Below, one piece after another: positions 11,278 through 21,014 of a stretch of 64,000 nucleotides of DNA. Numbering within the stretch: the stretch's first letter is position 1; every line of letters starts with the position of its first letter. The notes below the pieces were generated by a model. That model was given only the letters and a program-made list of their open reading frames with translations, was not told the origin of the DNA and searched no databases. The DNA is taken from NCBI GenBank assembly GCA_051252375.1, contig JBPOFY010000002.1:96001-160000 (forward strand). The letters run 5' to 3'. Source of the stretch: Opitutaceae bacterium (lineage in GTDB: Bacteria; Verrucomicrobiota; Verrucomicrobiia; Opitutales; Coraliomargaritaceae). Made by a program: the position numbers and the translations under genes.

Positions 11278-11638
11278 GGGATTTAGGTAGCGGGGTGATG
11301 ACAGTGGGAACGGCGAAAGGTCAGGCAAAACCTAACCCGGGTATCTGGCATACGATTGCCCTTGTTATGTAAAAAATAATATTCCTGAGATAAAAAAGGA
11401 CAAACTCTATATTAGCTGACCATTGCTACACAGTTAAACTGAAAGAGGCAAAAGAACGGTAGGTGAGAGAAATACTACATTCAGACAGAAAAAATATACT
11501 GACAGAGTCCTGCTTTAAGTGCCTACACCTCTCCTTCGCAATTGCCGGAGGCAGGCTGCCGAGAGTGAGGGTTCATTTAAGCTAAGGAAGCCAACACTAG
11601 CTTCATATTGCCCGGCATGGCTTAGCCCGCAGTGAGCA

Positions 11639-11685
11639 TGTCGAACTGCCGAACTGTCGAACTGTCGAACTGTCGAACTGTCGAC
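11639..11685. repeat. 8-bp tandem repeat (TGTCGAAC), about 6 copies
   Basis: tgtcgaac tgccgaac tgtcgaac tgtcgaac tgtcgaac tgtcgac read directly. Confidence 0.9.
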
Positions 11686-11758
11686 GGAGCATAAGCGGAG
11701 ATGGTGCAACAATCCTTGCGCTGCCCGCTTTTTTAGCGCCCAAAGCTTTTAGCCCCTC

Positions 11759-12277
11759 CTATCTCAACAGCTGCGTGCCGATTATTAGTTCTTGGTATTG
11801 CTTCCAGCTGATTTCGCTCGGACCTTGGCAGAAAAAATTAACCCAGTTGTCTCCATGTTTCAATAAGACACCGCGCAGTTCAACCTTCCTTGCCTTTAGA
11901 CGTCCCACATCCTGGGAGTAAAAGATATAATTACCTCTCCCTAGTAGCTTTCGTGGATAGTAGTGGCTACCCTGTTTGCGGTAGGCCTCGATCAATGGCG
12001 ATAAGGTTGCTTCGACCAGCTCCGTTGAATGCTGGATGCCCGACACGGGGTCGGCGACCACAAGCACCGAGACTGTCAGCTTTTGCCTCTCCGTAGGGTT
12101 TTCTAGGTGTGCGCTCGTCAAGATTCCAAGACCCGGCATCGACTGCTTTGTGGAGTCTACATAGTTCCACCCTTCGGGTATTTTATAGATGATAGAATCG
12201 GCGATCTTGAGACTCTTCGAAAAGAGTGTCGCCGTAACCAGAGCGAACAATAGGCAGATAATTGTTAATTTCTTCAT
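11759..12277 (-). CDS. Secreted hypothetical protein
   Basis: MKKLTIICLLFALVTATLFS signal-like start at ATG 12277. The longer track ORF extends antisense into the transposase remnant. Confidence 0.6.
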   Translation of the reverse strand: MKKLTIICLLFALVTATLFSKSLKIADSIIYKIPEGWNYVDSTKQSMPGLGILTSAHLENPTERQKLTVSVLVVADPVSGIQHSTELVEATLSPLIEAYRKQGSHYYPRKLLGRGNYIFYSQDVGRLKARKVELRGVLLKHGDNWVNFFCQGPSEISWKQYQELIIGTQLLR

Positions 12278-12359
12278 ACTGAGGAGTTCAATCAATATGA
12301 ATAATCTCACCGCGGAACGCAAGAATGGACGAAGCCATGCGACCCACCACGAAGACAGG

Positions 12360-12522
12360 AAAAAAGGAGCCGACTGGAAGGTTTCGATCGCAAAACGTCT
12401 ACGCAAAGAGACCACGGCGAAGAATCCATGGATCGCACAAAGGCTACAATTCGGACACCCCACTACGTCAGTGATTTGGTCAACAAAGCATAAATCTATA
12501 TATTTTGCGTTTGCCCCCTTTT
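12360..12522 (+). pseudogene. Remnant 3' end of a RAYT-like transposase with its right terminal inverted repeat
   Basis: Encodes KKGADWKVSIAKRLRKETTAKNPWIAQRLQFGHP, close to the end of 13642-14556, with a 1-bp deletion. TIR copy at 12492-12522 has 2 mismatches in 31 bp. Confidence 0.9.
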
Positions 12523-12639
12523 AGCCCTTTTCCCCCATTTATGCCTCAATCCACTTATCTGCACTCAATCGATACTTATAAAGTTGCTACGACGCATCGA
12601 ACTTGGCCTATCTTCAGCTAAGTTGCCCTGGATCCTAGA

Positions 12640-13569
12640 ATGAAAATGAAGCATATAGATTATCAAAGAATACTTATTGAAATTGGAACCGACCTAGTAG
12701 GTGTGGATGCGAGCGGCAAGGTCGCCTCTTACATCCCCGAGCTCGCCAATGTCGATCCAACTAAATTTGGCGTCCATCTGATGACTGTTTCCAACGAGCA
12801 CTTCTCTTTTGGTGATTCGAATGAAAAGTTCTCTATTCAAAGTATCTCTAAAGTATGGTCCCTCACTCTAGCCTTAAAAATACTCGGAAAAGACATCTGG
12901 CAACGCGTCGGTGTCGAACCCTCGGGTTCTGCCTTCAACTCATTGCTACAGTTAGAATATGAGAAAGGCATCCCGCGCAATCCCTTCATTAATGCGGGGG
13001 CGATTGTGATTTGCGACATTTTGGTTAGCTGCTTGAAAAGCCCAAAAGATGATCTGTTGGATTTCATTAAACAATCTTCCGGAATCGAAAGCATCGACTA
13101 TTGCGCAGAAATTGCGGATTCGGAAATGCAAACAGGTCACAGGAACTTTGCCTTGGCTCATTACATGCAGGACTTGGGCAATCTTCACAATGATATCGAA
13201 ACCGTCTTGGATTTATATTTCAATCTGTGCTCCATCAATTTGACCTGCAAGGAATTGGCTCAAGCTTTCTTGTTTTTGGCTTCAGGTGGGGTCAATCCTA
13301 TGACCAATGAAACGATCATCAGTCCACAGCGAACGAAACGTATCAATTCAGTGATGCAAATGTGCGGGTTTTATGACGAAGCCGGCGAATTCGCATTTAA
13401 AGTTGGCCTACCCGGCAAGAGCGGTGTGGGTGGTGGAATCGTCGCAGTCCATCCTGGGCTATACTCCATTGCAGTATTTAGTCCCAAATTAAACACACGC
13501 GGAAATTCTGATAAAGGAATGAAGCTGCTTGAAGCATTTACGACCAAAACAGAGTCCTCCATTTTTTAG
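12640..13569 (+). CDS. glsA: Glutaminase
   Basis: GKVASYIPEL, FSIQSISK catalytic SxxK, NPFINAGA, GLPGKSGVGGG. Confidence 0.95.
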   Translation: MKMKHIDYQRILIEIGTDLVGVDASGKVASYIPELANVDPTKFGVHLMTVSNEHFSFGDSNEKFSIQSISKVWSLTLALKILGKDIWQRVGVEPSGSAFNSLLQLEYEKGIPRNPFINAGAIVICDILVSCLKSPKDDLLDFIKQSSGIESIDYCAEIADSEMQTGHRNFALAHYMQDLGNLHNDIETVLDLYFNLCSINLTCKELAQAFLFLASGGVNPMTNETIISPQRTKRINSVMQMCGFYDEAGEFAFKVGLPGKSGVGGGIVAVHPGLYSIAVFSPKLNTRGNSDKGMKLLEAFTTKTESSIF

Positions 13570-13575
13570 GGGAGA

Positions 13576-14585
13576 AAAAGGGGTCAAACGCAAAATATAA
13601 AGATTTGACTAATTTCCGACTAGACGTCTAGCCTAGTCAACATGCCACGAAAACAACGCATCGAATACCCTGGGGCGATTTATCACGTCATAAGCAGAGG
13701 GAACTATCGCAAGGACCTATTTGTTCACGATAAGACTGGCGAAGCCTTTGAGCGGACCATCTTTGAAGCTGCAGAGCGATGCGGATGGAAACTCTACGCG
13801 TATGTGATCATGAGTAATCACTACCACTTGGCGATAGAAACGCCTGAGCCCAACCTTGTGGAGGGTATGAAATGGCTGCAAAGCACATTTGCCACACGTT
13901 TTAACCGTTTCCGCAATGAACGCGGCCATGTATTTCAAGGGCGCTACAAATCGATCCTCATAAACGAAGATCGGCCGTTACTGGGATTAATCGACTACAT
14001 CCACCTCAACCCTGTCCGGGCGAAGCTATGCAGTGTCGATGCCCTCAAGGAGCACACGCTCTCAAGTTTCCCGAAATACTTTAAGCGTAAGGTAGCCGCG
14101 CCACTAGATCGCACCACCCTACTCTCACTGTGTGATCTGCCTGATACAACCGGAGGAATGAAGAAGTATCAAGAACGCCTCAAGCTAGTCGACGAACGTA
14201 ATCCTAGAAAACGCGATGAGCTCGCGAAGCAATATTGTCGCGGTTGGTTCTTAGGCTCAACCGAAGCGAAGAAGGCATTGGCAAAAGATATCGCTAAAGG
14301 CACTCCGATGATCGATTGGGAAGGCGTGGACCTAAAGGAGCTGAACGAAAACAACTGGGAGCAGATCGTTAAGACGGAGATGAAACGTCTCAAAAAGAAG
14401 GAGTCGGATATCGAGAATTCAAAAAAGGGAGCCGATTGGAAAGTCGCGATTGCAAAGCGCCTTCGCAAAGAGACTACAGTAAAGAATCCATGGATCGCCC
14501 AAAGGCTACAAATGGGACACCCCAACTACGTCAGTAATTTGGTCAATAACACATAAATCTTTATATTTTGCGTTTGACCCCTTTT
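13576..14585 (+). mobile_element. HUH/Y1 transposase element with perfect 31-bp terminal inverted repeats
   Basis: aaaaggggtcaaacgcaaaatataaagattt (13576-13606) is the exact reverse complement of 14555-14585. Confidence 0.9.
13642..14556 (+). CDS. REP-associated tyrosine transposase-like (Y1_Tnp, HUH) protein
   Basis: MPRKQRIEYPGAIYHVISRGN, MSNHYHL (HUH), GHVFQGRYKS, YIHLNPVRA, and a C-terminal HTH-like tail. Confidence 0.92.
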   Translation: MPRKQRIEYPGAIYHVISRGNYRKDLFVHDKTGEAFERTIFEAAERCGWKLYAYVIMSNHYHLAIETPEPNLVEGMKWLQSTFATRFNRFRNERGHVFQGRYKSILINEDRPLLGLIDYIHLNPVRAKLCSVDALKEHTLSSFPKYFKRKVAAPLDRTTLLSLCDLPDTTGGMKKYQERLKLVDERNPRKRDELAKQYCRGWFLGSTEAKKALAKDIAKGTPMIDWEGVDLKELNENNWEQIVKTEMKRLKKKESDIENSKKGADWKVAIAKRLRKETTVKNPWIAQRLQMGHPNYVSNLVNNT

Positions 14586-14759
14586 AAGCCCTTCCATTTG
14601 CCCCCTTTTAAGCCCGCTAACTGTTACCGATATCTTTGGATCATACCAGTCAATGATTCCTTTCAACCTCAACAATTTGGCGTTTGCAAATAAAACTGAA
14701 CCATCAATAATAAGAAGATCTACTAACACATATTAACAAATACCAAATAAATACACACA

Positions 14760-15176
14760 ATGGAAACAATAACAAACGAGTGCACATTCACAGACGCTGC
14801 AAATGAAGATACATTAACAGTCCGCTTAAACTTCATACGATATAACTCTGGAACATCCTCTATTGCGAAACTAGCTAGCCATCAAATCACATGTGCACAC
14901 TGGACGAACGATAATGAAACAAAAAAAGTCAAAGCCGAGATCAACGAAGTGCTTAACAACGAAGAGCTCTGCAAAGAGGTCGACGGCAAGATGATCTGTA
15001 AAAGAGTCTGCCACATCGAAGTTCAATCAACTAAAGAAACCCTTTCAGCTGAAGACGCAGATGGCAAGAAACCTGGCCCACTGCTAAGAACTGAGTTCAA
15101 TGGTTTTCATCATTTTAGTTTCGAAACTGACGATTACGAAAAACCAAAAGCAAAGAACGAGAAGCCCAGCTCATAA
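14760..15176 (+). CDS. Hypothetical protein
   Basis: 138-aa ATG ORF in AT-rich DNA, 26 bp upstream of the next gene. Confidence 0.6.
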   Translation: METITNECTFTDAANEDTLTVRLNFIRYNSGTSSIAKLASHQITCAHWTNDNETKKVKAEINEVLNNEELCKEVDGKMICKRVCHIEVQSTKETLSAEDADGKKPGPLLRTEFNGFHHFSFETDDYEKPKAKNEKPSS

Positions 15177-15202
15177 AGTTCAAACATTTAGTCCAATAAG
15201 CC

Positions 15203-16336
15203 ATGCCTTCATCAGTATTCGTTATCACCAATCGAAATTTCGAGAAAACAGGAAATTCCTATAAGCTTAGAAATACGATCAATCAAAAAGGTTCGCGTGA
15301 GTTACGCATGTTTGAAGCGAATCGCAGCAGTCCCAACTCGGATAAATGGGAGCTTCAAATAATACCTGATAGTGTAAACAGTAAGACCTTGCACAATATT
15401 GCTGGTGAGAACCTATGGCCTAAATTACCGAAGTATTCAGGTAGCCATTTAGTTGCTACTGAACTTGTTAAACGACTTCGAACAAACAGATCCAACTTAG
15501 TCTTTCTAGTTCATGGCTATAACAATAATGTTTACGATGCTCTTCAACGCGCAGAAAGCATCGCAAACAGATACAACGTCGAAGTTGTCGTATTTTCTTG
15601 GCCATCAAATGGTGGAGGCGACTCCGCCCTACGCAAGATACATGGGAAGGTCAGCTACAAACTCGATAAGGCGGATGCGCGAGGATCAACTGCCGCACTC
15701 GATTACGCATTAGCCAAAATGCACCAACTTCTAATGCAATTAAACGATGGTGTATTGAAAGGCATTCAAGACCAGGTCGCTAATGAAAGCTCTTCTAGCA
15801 GAGAAACTGACCGAATACGCATGGCAACATTGCTCAAAGAGAAAGCATGCCCCTTCAACGTCACCTTGATCACGCATAGTATGGGTAACTACCTTTATAA
15901 GAACATGCTACTCTCATCATCTGAGCGATTAAGTAAAAACGTAGTTTTCGATAATGTCATACTCAAATCTGCTGATACAAACCACGCCGACCATGCCCGC
16001 TGGGTAGAGAAGATTCGGGCACGTCACCGTGTTTATGTAACAATTAATCAGGACGACTTCGCCCTCACACTTTCCAATTTAAAAATTGGCGATTCCCAAA
16101 AGCCTCGACTAGGCAGCACCATTGGAGAACAGAATGCAAACAATACAGTCTATATAGATTTCACAAATTCACTTGGAAAAGAACATTCCTACTTCCTAGA
16201 AAGCGATCTCAGCGAAAACTCCAGCTCCGCTGAAGCAGCCAAACTTAGCTATTTCTTCGAAAAAGCATTTAATGGTGAAATAGCCGAAGAGCATTTAAAA
16301 TACTACCCACAAGCAAATACATATAGAATCATGTAA
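15203..16336 (+). CDS. Alpha/beta hydrolase (DUF900-like)
   Basis: FVITNR start, FLVHGYNN, VVFSWPS, THSMGN nucleophile elbow, late HSYF. Confidence 0.85.
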   Translation: MPSSVFVITNRNFEKTGNSYKLRNTINQKGSRELRMFEANRSSPNSDKWELQIIPDSVNSKTLHNIAGENLWPKLPKYSGSHLVATELVKRLRTNRSNLVFLVHGYNNNVYDALQRAESIANRYNVEVVVFSWPSNGGGDSALRKIHGKVSYKLDKADARGSTAALDYALAKMHQLLMQLNDGVLKGIQDQVANESSSSRETDRIRMATLLKEKACPFNVTLITHSMGNYLYKNMLLSSSERLSKNVVFDNVILKSADTNHADHARWVEKIRARHRVYVTINQDDFALTLSNLKIGDSQKPRLGSTIGEQNANNTVYIDFTNSLGKEHSYFLESDLSENSSSAEAAKLSYFFEKAFNGEIAEEHLKYYPQANTYRIM

Positions 16337-16561
16337 AACATTAGCCAAAATCAGGCACCTCTTCTCGCTAAACATAAAGACATCTTAAGCAACAGCTACG
16401 TCTCCGATCCTATTACCAAAGAAAACCGTCTATCAGGCTAATCGTCTACCACTACTACAATCACCTCAGATAACATACCTCATAGTAAAAGAAATACGCA
16501 GAATGGACTACTTTAATCCTATAAGCTTACTGTTTGTAAATATGATAAAACGAGATCAATC

Positions 16562-16993
16562 ATGGATGGACTAAATTTAGAAATTGCTAAAGCTGTTCTT
16601 AATAAAATCGGTGGCAACATTGATTTAGGAATAACACTAGCTGCTGCAACTATTGGTGGGATCATTGCATTATTAACTAAGCTCTATTTCGATTTAAAGC
16701 CATCAACTCACCCCTTCGAGATACTTCAAGATTTAAAACTGATACTAATTGCGTTTATTTTCACAGCAGTCTCTTCCCTATTTGGCCACTTAGCCCAAGG
16801 AAACTTGGCTGCAGTAATACCTAATCTATTTTCTCATGAATTCCAGTCAGGTATAAGTTTAACATATGCAGACTTCGAAGGGCATCAAAACCTGCAAATC
16901 CTGATGCAAATCCAGTATATATTTTTACTTAGTTCATTCTGCCTAATATTCGTTTTCTTATTCAAAAACATTAAATCCATACATAAAAAATGA
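16562..16993 (+). CDS. Hypothetical membrane protein (about 3 TM)
   Basis: Three hydrophobic stretches; 4-bp overlap with the next ORF. Confidence 0.65.
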   Translation: MDGLNLEIAKAVLNKIGGNIDLGITLAAATIGGIIALLTKLYFDLKPSTHPFEILQDLKLILIAFIFTAVSSLFGHLAQGNLAAVIPNLFSHEFQSGISLTYADFEGHQNLQILMQIQYIFLLSSFCLIFVFLFKNIKSIHKK

Positions 16994-17586
16994 AGACCTT
17001 TATTACTATAAGCTTAATCATCTGCAGCCAAATTCTAGTGGCCGAAATCACAAATGAGAGTGTAAAGGAATCTGGAACAGTTCCTTTTAAAGAACGGATC
17101 GGCTTATTATCCGATAATTACAAAATAACTTCTCAAGATGATGAAGTGTTGCCAAGAATTTATGCGTGTCGCGTATCAAGTAAACTAAGAGGTTATGAAA
17201 ATGAACCTAATTACATATGTGGCTACGTTCAAATTGAACGACTCAAAAATAAATTCGCCCCAGAGAACTACATAACGATACCAGATAAAGTCGTAAAACG
17301 ATTGCAAGAATCATACGATGGAAACAAAGAAGAGTTCGACAGGTTTTTTGAAGAAACTTTAAGTAAAGACGATGTATTACGTAAGTTCACTCGTGAGGAA
17401 ATTGAAAACGCAATTATTAGAAATGCCTACTACTCTTACAACTTAGACCCCAAAATCTTCGAACTTAATTGGAAATTCAGTTACATTCACCCCATTTGCA
17501 AACCAATCAATCCAAACATGACGATTGGAAGCACTCCAAGTATTAGTGATGAAATCATAAAGATGCAAAAAAAGAAAAAACCTTAA
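16990..17586 (+). CDS. Secreted hypothetical protein
   Basis: MKTFITISLIICSQILVA signal-like N-terminus. Confidence 0.65.
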   Translation: MKTFITISLIICSQILVAEITNESVKESGTVPFKERIGLLSDNYKITSQDDEVLPRIYACRVSSKLRGYENEPNYICGYVQIERLKNKFAPENYITIPDKVVKRLQESYDGNKEEFDRFFEETLSKDDVLRKFTREEIENAIIRNAYYSYNLDPKIFELNWKFSYIHPICKPINPNMTIGSTPSISDEIIKMQKKKKP

Positions 17587-17829
17587 CACCGTTAGTGATC
17601 GTAAGTGATCACCTAACAGATCTGCACAAATCCCCCCACTAGACTAATCTAAGGAACCTAATCACCTTGTAACATTAACAACTTGTGAGAAATTCCCGCG
17701 TTTTACCCTGTTGGTTAACTCATCACCAATCACGCCGAATACTCGAATTCCCTGCGGAACAATAACAAAAAATTTCACAGAAATCCCTGAAGGTGAAAGA
17801 GGAGCCTGACTCACTCACAATCTTACATT

Positions 17830-18960
17830 ATGGCTCAACAATTAGAAAAAGAAGCTATCATTCTAATACATGGCATGGATGGCAAAGAGCCGAACCTAAT
17901 CTTAAATAAACTAGAGCGTGGAATACGATCCGCGGATCATTTATCTTCAATTCAGGTGCACCCGGATATAGAGATAGGCAACAAAGTGGGACGCTGTATT
18001 CAATATACCCGAGGATCGACACCGCAAAAAGCGAAGGAGCTACACCTCTTCGAAGCCTATTGGGGAGATCATTATGAAGCTCTAACGAAGCGTCCAATAC
18101 GCGAGCAAATCACCCGTGGAATATGCCTGCTCCTCTTTTGGGCTGGCACGCCAGTGCGCAAAACAAAAAACCGCTATATCGCCTTCGGTGGAATGCTGAC
18201 AGCTCTTGGGCTGACGCTCTGGTGGTATGGAGTCCTCGCGACTGGTCTCAATCTTATCGCATTGCCCAGCGGCCAGCCACTGAATGTGTTCATTGACCAA
18301 ATCGCGGAATCACTCTATCTGCCACTAGCCTTCCTTTGCTATATGTTTAGCGCCTTCATGAACTGGAAGATCGGAGTCCTAGCACTCATTAGCAGTGGCA
18401 CATTTGCCATGCTAATAGACTCAGTTGTCAACACCCTCAACTTTGCCTACAACTACCTGCACTCACAAAATATGCGCGAGTCGATATGGAAACGAATCAG
18501 TCACCTCGTCGAGACCCTAGAAAATGAAGGAGACTACAAACGTATCACAATACTTTCTCACAGTTTTGGCTGCGTAATCCATGTTGACTATTTAGCAGAC
18601 TACTGTAGCTCATCGGACACACCCATACGCCATATCACCATGGGCGGACCACTAGCAGTCATGGCATTGCGCTCGAGCAGTCTAAGGCAACGGCTCGTTC
18701 ATGCGCTAAATAACCCAGCAACACGTCCCCAACTGTGGATAGATTATTACTCGGAAGTAGATTGGATGTGCACGGCCACACCTGATGGTAGCCCACACTA
18801 TTCATTCAACCAGGAAGATATACTAGCAACCAAACGCAAGATCGAGCACCGCGAACTTACTTTTAATGCCAAGACTCTTTGGCAGCGCGCGCAAGGCGGC
18901 TATAAATACCACACTCAGTATTTCCAAGAATCCCAGATAATCGATGAGCTGCTAAATTAG
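17830..18960 (+). CDS. Alpha/beta-hydrolase-fold protein with inserted transmembrane segments
   Basis: ILIHGM, EAYWGD, central hydrophobic helices, SHSFG elbow, ITMGGPL, terminal HTQYF. Confidence 0.7.
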   Translation: MAQQLEKEAIILIHGMDGKEPNLILNKLERGIRSADHLSSIQVHPDIEIGNKVGRCIQYTRGSTPQKAKELHLFEAYWGDHYEALTKRPIREQITRGICLLLFWAGTPVRKTKNRYIAFGGMLTALGLTLWWYGVLATGLNLIALPSGQPLNVFIDQIAESLYLPLAFLCYMFSAFMNWKIGVLALISSGTFAMLIDSVVNTLNFAYNYLHSQNMRESIWKRISHLVETLENEGDYKRITILSHSFGCVIHVDYLADYCSSSDTPIRHITMGGPLAVMALRSSSLRQRLVHALNNPATRPQLWIDYYSEVDWMCTATPDGSPHYSFNQEDILATKRKIEHRELTFNAKTLWQRAQGGYKYHTQYFQESQIIDELLN

Positions 18961-19248
18961 CATAAAACGGCCCACATAAGGATACTTTGCCCCAGAGGAA
19001 CAAAAGATGACATTGAAGGAGTCGCAAACGGTAAAGAATCACTAATACTGCCATTTCGACCATGTCATCTGTCTATGCCTAATTGTAAAAGTAAGGTCGA
19101 ATCATTAGGAGATGCTGAATCCTTCAAAGATAGCAAATCTAACCTCACTGCCTCTGCAAATGAGTAGTTCTACCATAACCCTATAAAATTCTACTTTCCC
19201 GAATAATTGCAGAAGCAAGTCAGCTAAATCCTTTGAGCTCATTTTACT

Positions 19249-19518
19249 TTATTTCGGAGGTTCAATTCCTATCTTGGATCTGCGGACTGGAAGGAAGAGA
19301 ACAAGAATAAAGGCTAAAAGAAATCCAAACGGCACAAAGGCGAGGAGCCCGAGTTGCCATTTGTAACCTAACGAATAAAACCGATATGCGAAACATACGA
19401 CGGGCAATATCACTCCCGCAAGAAGCATTATGATTAAATTATCGGTGAAGAGCGATACAGGGGGCACTGCTCCTTCCAGAGTTACAATCTCAAGGTAAAC
19501 AGCTAGTAGGTTTTGCAT
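19249..19518 (-). CDS. Small hypothetical membrane protein
   Basis: 89 aa, two to three hydrophobic segments. Confidence 0.45.
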   Translation of the reverse strand: MQNLLAVYLEIVTLEGAVPPVSLFTDNLIIMLLAGVILPVVCFAYRFYSLGYKWQLGLLAFVPFGFLLAFILVLFLPVRRSKIGIEPPK

Positions 19519-19664
19519 TGTTATTTTAGGTTCGCGGTAGAACGTCGAACATCCGCGATGGCTTTGCTGTGACTCACTTCAATAGTTCGTTTTGTTGTTA
19601 ATTTTTGAGGATAGCGGATCTTTTGTCTCTGGGGAGTAAAAAGGGGGTATGATCATACCTTCCG

Positions 19665-20921
19665 CTACCGATGAAAGAGGAATTTTGTAACTCGTTCACT
19701 CTTAGACCGAGTCAGCATCATACGAATACACATCAAATAACGCGGATCAGCAAATCGAAAAGCATTCCCTTGGGCACACCGTTTAAGCAATGGCCGAGCT
19801 TCTGTAGACAGATCTCCTAAAATACTATTAATACCTAAACTTACTTCATGAGTAGACTTAGGAAAATGCTGACGAACAGCCTCTTCGACTCGTATACTAT
19901 CAAACTCAGGTTCATTAATTTTCCCTAATGCATAAAGAACCTGATTCCTACGTCCAGTAACAGTTCCGACCTTATTCATACACATATCAACAATACCATA
20001 TGCTTGGTAGATCGAACCATGAATAAACTCACGGTCTGCAGTGCTAAAAATTTCTTCGGAAAAAACCCATGAACGATCTTCAAGCGCATATGCAAGGCAT
20101 AAACAATACTCATGAATTCTCTGAGCGATTCCTAGGGTAACAGAAAACACTTGTTTTGAAATCGCCTCAACAGTGCTTTGGGGAAGGCTTAATTGCAACT
20201 GCTCTAAAAACCCTTTCCTGACAAATTCTTCAACCTGATCGTTTTTCAAACTCAAGACATGCGGAACTTCACTAATTCGGTTACCAATAGGCTCTAAATT
20301 TGGAATTTTCTGGTAGTATTCAACTACGTCTGCAGGAACACCGACCATTAACAGTTTCACCCGATATCGTGCATACCTACTATCATCTAAAAGCAATATG
20401 ATATTGCCGAGTTCTTCCATCAACTTTGGCTGACGAAATATTGATTCAAGGTTATCTAATGCTAGCACTGCAATTTTCTTACCTGCAGTTTCACGCGCGC
20501 ACTTAAAAGCCATTTCAAGTTTCTCAGCCGTTTTAACCTTATAATCTCTTTTAGCGTTAACTCCACCAGCAGCAACTAAAGCTTTCAACTTAGCATCGAG
20601 TTGTTGCTGGTATCGTTCCCACTGCATAGTTCCTTCCGGAACTAAGGCATTAAAAATTTCCTCAGTGATTGATTCATCTCTAGCTGCATTCGCGAAGTTC
20701 CCATGAAACAACTCCCAACGATTGTCTTTCGCAACTTGCTTAAACATCCAACTCTTACCACTACCACTCTCTCCTGAAATAATAGTATGCAGGGTTCCTT
20801 TTATTGACCGAACTAATGCCTTCTCATGATAGGGTCGATGAATATACATCCTGTGATTCACCTCCGAACTTCGAGGGGTAAAAACACTTTCTATTTCTTT
20901 TCGTTTGCGAGCACTAGTCAT
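19665..20921 (-). CDS. Stand-alone P-loop ATPase (AAA/STAND-like)
   Basis: VFTP..YIHR N-terminus, Walker A GESGSGKS, Walker B VLALDNLE, C-terminal FRFADP. Confidence 0.8.
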   Translation of the reverse strand: MTSARKRKEIESVFTPRSSEVNHRMYIHRPYHEKALVRSIKGTLHTIISGESGSGKSWMFKQVAKDNRWELFHGNFANAARDESITEEIFNALVPEGTMQWERYQQQLDAKLKALVAAGGVNAKRDYKVKTAEKLEMAFKCARETAGKKIAVLALDNLESIFRQPKLMEELGNIILLLDDSRYARYRVKLLMVGVPADVVEYYQKIPNLEPIGNRISEVPHVLSLKNDQVEEFVRKGFLEQLQLSLPQSTVEAISKQVFSVTLGIAQRIHEYCLCLAYALEDRSWVFSEEIFSTADREFIHGSIYQAYGIVDMCMNKVGTVTGRRNQVLYALGKINEPEFDSIRVEEAVRQHFPKSTHEVSLGINSILGDLSTEARPLLKRCAQGNAFRFADPRYLMCIRMMLTRSKSERVTKFLFHR

Positions 20922-20970
20922 TATATTCCTAAGTTAAGTCTTAATCTACACATCAAAGCATCTACATTGT

Positions 20971-21000
20971 AAAAAAAAAAGGCCGCCCTTCAGAGCGGCC
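20971..21000 (-). terminator. Rho-independent terminator of nrdA
   Basis: Minus strand reads ggccgc-tctgaagg-gcggcc followed by T10. Confidence 0.9.
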
Positions 21001-21014
21001 CTTGCTTTTGAATT

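Noticed and set aside
11639..11685. Possible CRISPR array
   Set aside because: Contiguous 8-bp units with no spacers and no cas genes; the 13-bp repeats at 27899 also lack spacers.
12278..12463. N-terminal extension of the 234-aa minus-strand ORF
   Set aside because: Mostly the antisense of the transposase remnant; a signal-peptide start exists at 12277.
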